Source of the DNA: Tubulanus polymorphus
Lineage: Eukaryota; Animalia; Nemertea
DNA length: 64,000 nt
Direction of reading: 5' to 3'
Assembly (NCBI RefSeq): GCF_964204645.1
Contig: NC_134026.1
Location: 11,555,950-11,619,949 of the forward strand
Shown: in pieces, positions 24,883-36,718 of the stretch
How positions within the stretch are numbered: position 1 is the stretch's first letter
Layout of the letters: each line of letters begins with the position of its first letter
Notes under the pieces: model-generated
Told to the model about the DNA's origin: nothing
Database searches by the model: none
The model's input: the letters and a program-made list of their open reading frames with translations, nothing else
Made by a program: the position numbers and the translations under genes

Positions 24883-26642
24883 TATCTGTTTGCGCAAATA
24901 TAAAACAAGGCGTAAAGCAACAAGGTTTCTTAATTTAAATTTGATGGCGTCTCCACACAATTTCAATTCAATGAAATTGATAGACTGGTTGCCGGTCTTT
25001 ACCTTCAGTAGACTGGTTGCCTGTCCCATTCAATTAGAATAGGACAAGCAACCAGTCTAATTGAAGATAGAGACTGGTAACCAGTCTAGTTGCCTGTCCC
25101 ATTCTAATAGACATTCTATTACACTGAATACAGAACATTCTGAAGAAACAGGGGACATCCCATCTTCACCCGTCAAGGGATTCGAACCCACTACGCTAAA
25201 GCTGTTTCCCGAACCCCTTGACCTCACGAGTCGTTGGAGTCGTTACTAGCCGACCAGAATCCGGTCGTACCAATCACAGCGCTTGTAACAAACCGACAGT
25301 AGACTTCTGTTGGTTTTCCCGTTAAATGGACCAATCAGCGAACGTTTTACCGAACAAGGAAGTAGTTCGCAAATCGATATATGACGTCATTCGCAACAGC
25401 GCCAGTAATGAAATCACGCTTCGTGGGGCCAGGGGGCTGGTGGAAGCGAGTTCGGGAGTGATACTGGACCCCTGGCAAGCGAGGATGGGGACATCCTTTC
25501 TGAGTTGTATTTAGAGAATTGATATTTTAATACAGTTGACTATATTTAGTATCTGAATAAAGTTTACAATTGTTGAACTCCTTAGCGCTTTGTGAGATCA
25601 GATATTTGGATCTCAGCCTACTGATTTCCTGATACAGACAGCAAGTTGGGACAGTCAAATTAAGAGACTTGGTCAAGACAAGTTACTCAGATCACACTGG
25701 AAATTCGCAATATTGTCTCTCCTCATGGACCACACTGTAGCGGTTGTAGTGTAAACATAAAAAAAATAGTAATTCAGGAGTGACTGCTGTTGTCCATAGG
25801 TAGCGTAGTCGTAGTCACTCTGCTGTGCCGGGGCGCTCGCTACACGGGTCCGCCTGGGTCGACCGCACTCGGGTAGTGAATACGGCAAGGAGACTCTTGT
25901 CTTCCCCAGGAAAGTAAATGATATAAAATATGTAGAACCGGTTCCTCTATTAAAAAATGTCGCTAAAAAGGGCGCTTAAGCAGTACGCTCTCCTCCAAAC
26001 AGTCGCCTCCCTACTCCACGTAGCCTTAATCTGTGTGGCCAATACAGACCCCCCAACCCGCTCTCCTCAGAGTAATCCGCTTTAGGGGCTTTCCTCGGAC
26101 GCAACTCGCAGTGTTGATTACTCGGCGGATATGGCTACCCCCATTCCAAGTGCCCTCTCGCACATAGCTGTCCCCCGTCATCTCAGGAGCTAATTGCGAC
26201 TCATGCCAGATCTGTCAAACTAGTCGTATGCATAAGTGTTGTCCGTAGCGACGGTCAATAGGGGAACGATCCTCACGTAGAACTAAATGGGTTTGATGCA
26301 GCAGGAAAACAAACAGAAATCCTCGTCCTTCCCTCCAGTGCCGGCGAATCAAATAAACGCAAGATTCGAAGTTTGATTGGAATGTAGTACGAATTATTAA
26401 ATATATATATTTTCTTATAATACAAAGTTCATCGTTCTTGATGCCAAGGGGACATCATGTCCACACGCAAAACACCTTGATTATTTACATTTCGATATAT
26501 AAAAAGAATGTGCCCTTCATGGCTTGCAAAGCCTTGGTACAGTCAATGTACGGTAGCATACAAAGGAGACGACCGAACGTCAAATAGAAGCGGTGGCGCG
26601 GCGGACTCCGGTGTGTATCTAATATCACTTAGGTCTCAGTAA

Positions 26643-26844
26643 ACGAGCGTCGAAGCTAATCAACGATTAAGATGTTAACGACGGAGCGTCAAGTAGTTAA
26701 CGACGAGCGTTGTCGTTAATCAACGATAAGAATTATACGACGGAGCGTCAAATAGTTAACGACGAGCGTTGTCTTCAATCAACGATAAGAATTATACGAC
26801 GGAGCGTCAAATAGTTAACGACGAGCGTGGTCGTTAATCAACGA
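26643..26844. repeat. 59-60-bp tandem repeat, about 3.4 copies
   Basis: ACGAGCGT at 26643, 26703, 26762 and 26821. Confidence 0.9.
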
Positions 26845-29578
26845 CTGCGCGCCAAATTCAAAATGTCGGTGACGCGAACTCAAAGAGTCGAAATTCAGAG
26901 GCGACGTCAAGAAGATGAAACGACCGCGCGTTCGTTCGAAAAAGGAGTTACTGAATACAGGTGATTTTCATGGTCAGCAGAAACGACATCTCGGAGTAAA
27001 ATTACGGAAATAGCACAGAAGATATAGGCCTACCATACTATTATTATTACAATTACTATTACTAATTACAGCGACGAGAGCGTTAAGTTGGCATCGTCAG
27101 AGGATTGAATTTAAACAGACGATGAACTGACGGAGAATTTACAATATTTACAGGATTGTAAGTGACGAGTTTATCGGCAGCCCATGGCCGACGACTACAC
27201 GACCCCCGAGTGCGTCGGCACTCGGGACTCACTGAGGGCGGGATGTCAAAAACCACTGCAGCGATCCCGGGGTCAGACGACCCGGAGGCCCGTGTCTTAA
27301 TTAGAGAGTAAAATTGTCTTCTTACATGATCTGCACGATTTACAGCGTCCGATTCGTAAAACGGTGAAGAGGCAGCAAGCAGAGTTTCTAATGTGGCTCT
27401 GCCAGAGCCAAGTTGCCAATGAGCGCGATTGCGCCAAATTTATAGTTTTCATGCGGTCAACGCACGCGGTGATTGGTCAAGCGTGACGAGCAGTGATACG
27501 ATCCGCGGACAAAGTAGAGCACGCGAAATCATTCGACCGTGACGAATGATAAAACCCTAAATAAAGACTTCATACGCGAGAAATAGAATTAAGTTATATA
27601 ATATTTTAAGATTAACGCGAAAAATGACGACTATAAGACCGATACGGAGATATTTACTAAAAATAAACCGGAGTTAACCGCACCACCGCGAAAACGCTCA
27701 CACGGAAGTGAGGCGGCGCCAGCGAACGGCGTCGTAAAAACGAGCGTAAACACGAGCAGGGCTGGAGAATTCTCCGGCGACGAGACGGAACCAAAACGGC
27801 CCAAAATCAAAGAAGTTGGGTCTCGAATATAAAAAGGAGAACACACACTAATAGGTAGGCGGAGGATAAAAGAATGGCCTGGACAGGCGCCGAAAAATCG
27901 CTAATGTCACCGCGATGTGGCGTGGCCAACACCGCGGGGGCCTGCCCAGGTCGTGAAATTGGAATCTGACAGGACTGCCAAAAATCTGTCAGATTGAAAT
28001 TGAGCCGAAAAGATCCCGAAACATCGTCGCAGAACACCCAGCCCCGTCCCGGAATACGTACATCTATAAAGAAACAATGAGAAAAGAACGGCTTAAGGCC
28101 ATTCCGAAATACATAATATAATTTCACCAAAGACCGACATTTTGTGGTCAAACCCACCCCAGATATTGACAATTTTCGCCACAACACAATGTCAATGTTG
28201 ACTTTGCTAGAAATCGATTATAAAATTCATCACGACCAATTCTTTTTCACTGAATTCAATATTTATTGTTCACTTCTGGTACAAAATCTTGTTCAGCCCC
28301 TGACAAGAGATTAAGCAATGACATTACGTATTTCATGACATAGAACAGTAGCTTTTTTTTCATCGACAAATTGGGACGATCCTGATATCCCTGATTTGAA
28401 TGATAGTGTCTTTAGAATCATAGAGACCATGTCTCGACCAGACAGATAATCCAATCACAATTCAAATTGAAGGCTCGCTAGTGCAGTTATTCACAGAATC
28501 CAGCTCTTTAAACCTCATCAGTTTATCAGATCGTGAGCAGTGGAGAAATAAAGTACACAACATCTTGGCGCAGCAGCGCTTGCTGATGTAACTGATGATG
28601 ATGAGTTTATCAGAATCAAGGAGTTTCACCGCCTATTATTTGGAATCTCAATTCATGACAGCTAGTGCTGATTCTTTATTCTCTTTGATTAGTGCATGAG
28701 GTTATCATTCTGAAATTAAAATACATATCACACTGTTACAATTAAATCTGGATTGACTTTACAATTAATGATTCAGAATCCATTTTTCAAACTTACCTTG
28801 ATGCATTGCAATCTATTCTTTTCATGTTGAGCTAATTTGATATGCATTATTTCAATTTCTTAAAACATCCTACAAGTTGTGACTCACAAAATCATCGCTA
28901 AAACGCTCACAATAATCTACAATAGATAATCGATACAGTGTTTGTGAAATAGAATATTCAATGACAATGTTCACATTTTTACGAAGTAAGTATGTAGGTG
29001 AAGTTACCTTGTTGATGTCATTATTTTCATTGGATCAACTGCTGGTGTCCAATGTCACATTAAGAACAATCAATCAATCGCCTCGAGTGAACAAACAAGT
29101 AGCCTCTGCTGCATAGTTCAGTATGTCACTAGTGGTATAAAGTGGTATTTTAGTAGTATTGTATGTATCGGTCATACTAAACACCGTCAGGAACCGCCAG
29201 GAACCGTCAGACACCGTCATGAACTCACGGGTTATACTAAACACCGTCAGGAAATAAAAAACAATGATTGTGAATTCTAAAATTGAATATTTTATATTAA
29301 AATCAACACTAAATGAGACCTACTGTGCAAATTGAATTTGGAAATAAACTTTTTTAAATAACACGAGTTTTCCTTGGTAAACTCAACAATACGCTGTGCA
29401 AATTGAGCACATTTTGTGAAATAAATCTTTTCGTAATATATCGTAGTTTTTAGTTTCTTAGTTTGAGTTAAACTTTTTTCCGATTTTGTTTCTAAATCTA
29501 ACAATCACTTTATTTTTCCAAATTGTTACTTCGAAATGACAACAAAGTGATTAATAAATTGCAAACTGGGTCTGTTCC

Positions 29579-30000
29579 ATGTTCCATGTTTTCGTTCCAA
29601 CGCAGATCGAGAAACGTGTTCCTTTAAACTGGACTAATAATAATTGCGAAAGTATGAACAATCTCATAAAACTATCGACGAATTGGAAAATTTTGAAAAT
29701 TCCTGATCTCATTGAGCGCCTGAATAGTATAGTAGATCTGCAGTATGCAGATATTCCCCGAGCCTTACACGGTCAAGGAAACTACCAAGTTTCGCCTCGT
29801 TTAAGCAGACACGTCGTTTCGCACGTAGTATGGTGTAAAAAATCGAAGGAAGAAAAGGATGCGATCATGAATACATTTTTCAGTGCAAAATCAAAAACAA
29901 AATCGATCGAAAAAGAAAAGGATGCGATCATGAATACATTTTTCAGTGCAAAATCAAAAACAAAATCGATCGAAAAAGTTATCAAGTCCAGTTACACGTT
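29579..30000 (+). pseudogene. Mutator/MULE transposase C-terminal fragment with a 63-bp internal duplication
   Basis: WTNNNCESMNNLIK..WK...PDLIERL...Q...RALHGQGNY. The segment EKDAIMNTFFSAKSKTKSI is duplicated. Confidence 0.7.
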
Positions 30001-30786
30001 ACTAACCGTATTTACTGTGTTTTATTGGGTTTTTATCGAAGAATGTCTGCGACGGGGAAAACATGTGCTGCCCCAAGCAAGTGTCGCATTACCGAGAACC
30101 CCTCGCCCACTGAGGGCAAATCGGTTAGGTCTAATAAAAGTGAAACTGAGCCTAACAAAAAGGAAAGGAAGGGTATTGTTTCTGCCGACTCGGCCAGCAC
30201 CCCCGTTCCGGGTCCATCTAAGCCCCAAAAGGACCTGCTTTCTAACACAGGTTCAGCAGAATTTCTCAGCCTTATTGAAGGTGTGGTAGCTAAGGCAGTA
30301 AATGAGCTTCAAAAAGGGGACTCCCCTCATATCGCTCACCCTAAAAAAGGGAAACAGCCTAAATCTTGTGTTGCCAAGACACCAAAACATCCAAAGTTTG
30401 AGCACGTTTGTAATATAGCTATTTCCAGAATCCCAATGTATTAAATTAGGCAGCCTGAAAAATTCATCCCAATCAGTCGCTTGCCGGTTCAGACTGAATG
30501 GAAGATTGTTTGGATGAACCGGAACCGAATTTCCAATTATGTACTTCAATTTAAAAATATTCTGTTAACTCGACCGCCGATCACACATCTATATCTGTAC
30601 TTCGATTTCCGATTTCAAAATCAAACCCCCTGTTTCGCTCCCGGCAGGTGTGGTGGGTCTGTAAGGGACACTCAATCGAAAAATCAAACAAAATTTACCA
30701 GCCAAATAAATGAATAATGGGGACAATCCCTATTTTAAGATCAAAAAACAAAAAAAAACACCTCGGACTCCGAGGAAAGTGTCTCT

Positions 30787-31371
30787 ATGGGTGACGATTA
30801 CATAAATGCAGACACTGCAACGCTCCTTAGTTATGATGAGGACATTGATGATTTCTTGAATGAAGAAGTTGGGGGAAAAATGTCGGACCCCAATAACAAT
30901 GACTCTGAAGTCGATGACTCCTGGATCGATGACATTGCTTCTGACATGGGTCAAAACGAGCAGTTAGGAGACAAGATAAATGAGAAATTGGCAGGCATCT
31001 TGAATAAATTAGCGACAAAACGTCTCACTGACGATGCCATTAAAGCTCTATGGGCAAAGTATTTACGGCCAGAGAATCTGAATGTTCAAAACCCTAGGGT
31101 AAACCAGACGATCTGGTACAAACTAAAACATTTCACGAAGAAGCGTGACCTCCGACTTTCACAAGTCGGGGAGAAAATCTCTAATACCTTGAACGCGCAA
31201 CAGGCTGAATTGATTAATGATTTGAGTGATTTGAAGGCCAAGTTAAAAAGGCCGGAAGATAGACAAAAGGTCGTTGAATGCTCCAGAAAAACGTTTGACG
31301 TTTTTCAAATCTCTGTGGTTGCTTTACATGAATGCAACCAAGAGACCCGGAGTTGTTTGGATCAAATTTAG
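30787..31371 (+). pseudogene. DIRS gag-like ORF1 fragment
   Basis: YLRPEN...PRVNQTIW...RDLRL motif typical of DIRS1 ORF1; lies upstream of RT. Confidence 0.7.
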
Positions 31372-31659
31372 GTGACAAGGTCAAAGAGCTGAATGATGCA
31401 GCTATTATGGGGAGGAAACTCAGTAATCTGGAAATACTGACCAACAACCTCATCAGTATGGCAGGAAGCCGGCCTCGCATTTCGCTCGACGTTTTTAGGA
31501 AGAGGCAGGCGGCCTGCACCGTACCCGCCTCGGAAGATGCACCATCAGAAGCAAAACGACATAGGGAGGAGAAAGAAAGGCCAACAATAGAGGCATGTAG
31601 GTTTAACCAAACCTCATGGAAATCTTTCATAGGGGCTACACTCAAAAAAGGAGAAACGC

Positions 31660-33320
31660 TTGCCAAAAACTTCCAGGCAGGGTCTCTTAAAAACCATTAT
31701 GCCTACTGGAATTCACTTTCTACTGATCATAATATTTTAGAGATGATCAGAGGGTGCAGAATTGAGTTTGACAAAACTCCTCCCCCAGTTCCTGAGAGAG
31801 AACCTTATAGGTTCAATAAGGAAAAGTCCTTGAGAATTGATTCTGAAATCATAAAAATGATTACTAAGAGAATAATTGAAGAAGTGGCCCCTACAAAAGA
31901 TCAATTTGTTTCAAATATTTTTACAAGGGAGAAGGCTGATTACTCGCTTCGAGTTATATTAGATCTTACCGAGTTAAATGAGTATATAACTTACCATCAT
32001 TTTAAAATGGAAAGTTTGAAAACTGCTATCAGTTTAATGTCCCCGGGGTGCTACATGGCTTCAATGGATTGGAAAGACGCATATTACTCTGTCCCTATCA
32101 ATCGTTACTATAGGAAGTACCTCAGATTTAGGTGGCGTGATAAGTTGTATCAGTTCGCTTGTTTACCTAATGGTCTCGCGAGTGCTCCGCGTTTTTTCAC
32201 GAAACTCACTGAAGTTCTATTTTCTCAAGCACGAAGAGATGGTCATTTGTGTTCTAGCTTCATCGATGATTCGATTCTTGTAAACCTGACACTAGATTTG
32301 TGTAGGGAAACAGTAGTTTACATGGTGAACTCATCGGAGCTAGCTGGGTTTATTGTTCACTGGTTGAAATCAGTTTTGAACCCCACGCAGATATTGATCT
32401 ACCTAGGATTCATTTTGAACTCTTTGGAGATGACAGTGCGTCTTACGCCTGAGAAATTAGAAAAATGTTTTTCCACCAGATTGTAAACAAGATATTGAAT
32501 GGTGGACAAAGAATCTCGCAGATCAAAAAGCCCATATTCTGAGAAAGAAAGTTTGCACTGAGATCGAGACCGATGCCTCAAATGCTGGTTGGGGGCTTAT
32601 AGGCGCCTCCCAACGCAGGAAAGAACAGGGGGCACTTGGTCAAATGTAGAAGCCAAAGACCACATAAATGTGTTGGAGCTAAAAGCCGTATTCATGGCTT
32701 TAAGGTCTTTTAGTAGGGAAACCAAAGATAATTCTACTACTGTATCATATATCTCAAATCAGGGGGGTAGGAAACAGGGGTGTAATGAAATTGCAAGAGA
32801 AATCTGGCTCTGGTGTTATAAACATAATAATTGGCTCACGGTTACGCATTTGCCCGGCATTAATAATGTTGAAGCAGACAAACTGAGCAGGTCAATTGAT
32901 GACAATATGGAATGGAAACTTAATCCAAAACTTTTTCAAAAAATTAGACAAAAATTCGGAGAAATGGAGATTGATCTGTTTGCTTCCAGACACAATTTCC
33001 AATTACAAACTTATATCGCTTGGAAGCCTGACCCCTATGCTGAATACATAGATGCTTTTAGTGAAGACTGGGCGTCTTGGTTTTTCTATGCTTTTCCACC
33101 CTTCAATTTGGTTGGGAAAGTACTTCAAAAGGTGATGTCGGATCAGGCGTCAGGGGTTTTGGTAGTCCCGTTCTAGACGACTCAGCACTGGTTTTCTAGA
33201 TTTGTCCATATGTGTAAAGAACAACCTTTTATTCTCTATAGCCGGGAAGCTCAACCAGCACTAACTCACCACTGGAGAGAGGAGCAGCAACTGCCAAAAA
33301 CAAGATTACTAGTAGGTTAG
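31660..33320 (+). pseudogene. DIRS RT-RNase H-MT ORF (interrupted)
   Basis: HFKMESL, DWKDAYY, LPNGLASAPRFFTK, FIDD, HINVLELKA, DNST, IDLFASRHN, YAFPPF. Confidence 0.9.
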
Positions 33321-33324
33321 ATAG

Positions 33325-34266
33325 ATGGAAGATTGGCCACGCAGCAAAAAAATCCTCGCAGCTTCATGGAGGGATTCCACCAAGGCTCAATCCAACAACT
33401 ACATTGACAAATGGGAACGTTATTGTTTTCGAAGGGAGACGAGTTCAACTTTTACAGATATAGAAACTGTAGTGGAGTTTTTGACTGAACTTTATGTTAA
33501 TGGTTTAAGTTACAGTGCTATTAATAGTGCACGCAGTGCGTTATCTAATTATGTGGAAATACCAGGAGATAAAACGGTTGGTTCCTCTACGCTAGTGAAT
33601 AGATTTATGAAAGGAGTATTCAATTTAAGACCTTACATTCCCAGGAACAATGTAACTTGGGACCCCTGCCTTTTACTGGATTACTTGAAAACCATTTCCC
33701 CAGTTAGGAAATTGCTTCTTAGAGAGCTAACTCTCAAAACGTTGTCGTTATTATGGTTGCTGGCAGGGCAAAGGGGTAAGACTATCCTCATGATAGATAT
33801 TAGAAATATTGTTTTGACTGAAAATTCAGTTAAAATTAGGTTTGGGGATATTCTCAAAACCACTAGACCTGGTTTTCATCAGGAAGAAATTAAAATTAGA
33901 GCTTATGCTCCTGATAGGCGTCTCTGTCTCGTTACGGTTTTGAAGGAATATTTGAGTCGTACTGAAGATTTAAGAGACTCGTTTCAGTTGTTTATAAGTT
34001 ATTGTAGGCCTCATGGGGCTGTGTCTAGGGATACGTTATCCAGGTGGCTTTAGGTGACAATGCAAAAAGCTGGAATAGATGTAGATAAATTTACTCCTCA
34101 TTCAATTCGTGGGGCAAGTACGAGTGCTGCTCTGAAGGCCAGAGTACCTATCCATACAATTTTATCCACTGCTGGTTGGGCTAGAGAAAGCACTTTTAGA
34201 AACTATTACAATAAACCGGTGGAGAAATGTAAGGCAGATTTTGCCACTGCTGTTTTAAGTTTATAG
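33325..34266 (+). pseudogene. DIRS tyrosine recombinase (one internal stop at 34051-34053)
   Basis: INSARSALS, GQR, KTTRPG, HSIRGASTS, AGW..ESTFRNYY (R-K-HxxR-W-Y catalytic set). Confidence 0.92.
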
Positions 34267-34992
34267 TAAATTTATTTTTTCATATGACTTTGATATTAGC
34301 AATTCAGTTACTACTTTGCTACTGTATGTGAGGACAACTGGATATAATAAAGTAATTATCAATACAGTTTGATTTCAATGAGTTCATTTTAATTTATTTG
34401 GATTTCTGTGTTACTGTATGTGGAATGTTGCACTATGATTGTGTGATGGAAGTTAACACTACTTTAAACATCTCATGGGATCTCGAAAGGACCAATAACC
34501 AGCGAGGTAGAATTTAATGGTTAAACGATACTTACCAAGTTGAAGTTTGACCATAATTCTACCGAGCTGTTTATTTCCTTGAGAGATAACATGCCCACCT
34601 ATCCCTCCCTGTTCATCTTGGCATTGAGTTTGTTATCTCTCAAGGGGATGTAGTGTTAATTTCCATTGGATGTTAAATAATGGCGGTATCTGCGCATGCG
34701 CATCTCATGTTATCTCTCAAGGAAATAACCAGCTCGGTAGAATTATGGTCCAACTTCAACTTGGTAAGTATCGTTTAACCGTTAAATTCTGCGCCCTATA
34801 GTAGACTGGTCGCCCGCCCAATTCTGCGCCATCAGAGGCGCATTTGTTTGAAAACGGTTAGCACAAACCGTTTCGGTTTGTAGAAAAATCGGCGTCCTCG
34901 TTCATACCGGTTTACAAATCGGTTTGCATAAACCGGCGTCTTTGTTCAGGCGTAAACTTTGTTTGCGAGCGGTTTGCAACGTATTTTTATTT

Positions 34993-35036
34993 GCGCAACG
35001 TTTCGGCTAAAGACTATTAGCCATCATCAGGCGTAC
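34993..35036 (-). ncRNA. Minimal type I hammerhead ribozyme (Penelope pLTR)
   Basis: Minus strand reads CGC-CUGAUGA-U-GGCUAA-uagucu-UUAGCC-GAAAC-GUU-GCG: conserved core, perfect 6-bp stem II, palindromic stem III. Confidence 0.75.
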
Positions 35037-36194
35037 TGAGAAGAGGAGAATATTACACGATATTTATCCAAGACAAAAACGAAATAATAGAGTGAGTGAT
35101 TAAAATATTGAAAGGGGAATAGATTAAAGTAATGACATAACAAAGCCTGAAAGTAACTTATGAAAAGCGGTATACATTCAAGCGAAAACAGCAAAAACCA
35201 AAGTGAAATTTCTGCAAGATTACATCAGCAACATGGTGATTCCTTGCTCCATGAACTGGATCAAGAAATTCGATTCGCATTCACCCTTTCCGAAGCAAGC
35301 AAATCCTCATCTAAGATCAGTCATCAGCCAAGCTAAAGATGATTTGATTATCAATTCTTCAGATCATTTGATTATCAATTCTTCAGATCTCGACAAGCGC
35401 ACAATTACCTCGGAGCTCAACTTCCGGACCCGCATTTCTTCAACTTACTCAACTCTATCGTTATGGACTCCGGTAACCGTCATTTTTCTGACAATTCTAG
35501 TGAACTTAATTCGAAACTTCAACAGCTCATTATTTCTATTCCTTGGACTAAGCAACACGGACATTGTGACTCTCTCCTCCGTTTTAGGCTTTCGTTGTGT
35601 CAACTCCTTGGCTTTGGTTTGAATTTTTCTTTAAATCACCGCAAGATGAACATCCTTGATTTTGAACATCGTTTCAGGATTGCCCTCTTGAATTCTGCTA
35701 AATATAATCTGATTATATCTAGCAGAAAACTCAAGAGTCTATTCAAACAATATTACAACGTGGATATTCGTATTGTCTTTACGTCTACAAAATTAGGAAC
35801 TACTTTTCACTCAAGTCCCATACTCCTTCACCATTGTTGGCCAATGTAATCTATAAATTCAAATGGTTGCGTGCTGCAAATAATACATACGGTACACTGG
35901 TAAAACAATGCGACATTTGGCCACAAGGGTAAAAAAACATGGAACTTCGCCTTCAGCAATTTAGGAACATTTAACATCATGTAAAATTGTGCACCAAACT
36001 TTTCTTTAAAAAAGCAACTTTTCAATCACTGATTCTGGCAAAAATGACTTTGAAATCACCATCAAAGAGACATTATATATAAAATCTAAAAAACCAAGTA
36101 TTAACAAACACTTTCCACACATGGTGACTCATTTTCTCTGAGCGTATTTTGATATGTTTATTATCCATTTGTACTTTGTAAACTAGGCCACTTC

Positions 36195-36230
36195 ACGCCT
36201 GATGAGTCGAAATCGATGGAAACGGATAAC
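36195..36230 (+). ncRNA. Degenerate hammerhead ribozyme motif
   Basis: CGC-CTGATGA-GTCGA-aa-TCGAT-G-GAAAC; stems I and III are not restored. Confidence 0.4.
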
Positions 36231-36269
36231 ATGTAAATAAACCTATTATCATCATGAAGATTGTTTTTA

Positions 36270-36718
36270 TTATCATTTAATCATATAATAATGAAAATCC
36301 TTGATTATATTTTAGTTTGCATTGTAGTCGCAATATTTTCATCAGTTTTTGTGTCATATTCTAAACATATATTTGATAATTTATAACTTATATCTTTAAT
36401 TACACTCGATAATACTATTTCATTTACAGGTGCAAAAGTTATTTCCAATATTAAATTAAATATCAAATTGCTAATATCAAATTATTAAATGAAATATCGA
36501 ATTGCATATTTACATAAAGGCGCGTTATTATTTATATATTGAAAGTCTAATGGAATTTATGTTTATATATTTTTATTTATTTTTATTTTTAATCATTTTT
36601 ATTAAATTATCTGCAGCATTAGTTTTATTGCGTTATTAGCTCCTGACAACTGAAATTAAAAATAAAATTACATGTTCTGCAGCATAACTAATAATACTTC
36701 CAGCAGATTTCAATATAA
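36270..36718 (-). pseudogene. Decayed fragment of a second, related Polinton (major capsid plus neighbouring gene)
   Basis: 36280-36645 aligns by eye to 46335-46650 (MCP), and 36645-36718 to 47145-47220. Confidence 0.8.

Larger units (their letters stand above)
30040..34788 (+). mobile_element. DIRS1 retrotransposon, near full-length, 5' terminus missing
   Basis: Order gag-like, RT, RNase H/MT, YR. 3' inverted arms at 34511-34593 and 34706-34788. Confidence 0.92.
34990..36240 (+). mobile_element. Penelope-like retroelement remnant (GIY-YIG endonuclease end)
   Basis: Broken translation at 35760-36110: RIVFTS..FSLK...NVIYKF.....KTMRHLATR...IKETLYIKSKKPSINK. Flanked by hammerhead motifs. Confidence 0.75.

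Noticed and set aside
25165-25230. tRNA or SINE (B-box GGTTCGAATCCC on the minus strand)
   Set aside because: No convincing A-box or cloverleaf; at most a SINE relic.
26430-26570. Gag zinc-knuckle remnant (RCFACGH) on the minus strand
   Set aside because: Too short and not in a sustained frame.
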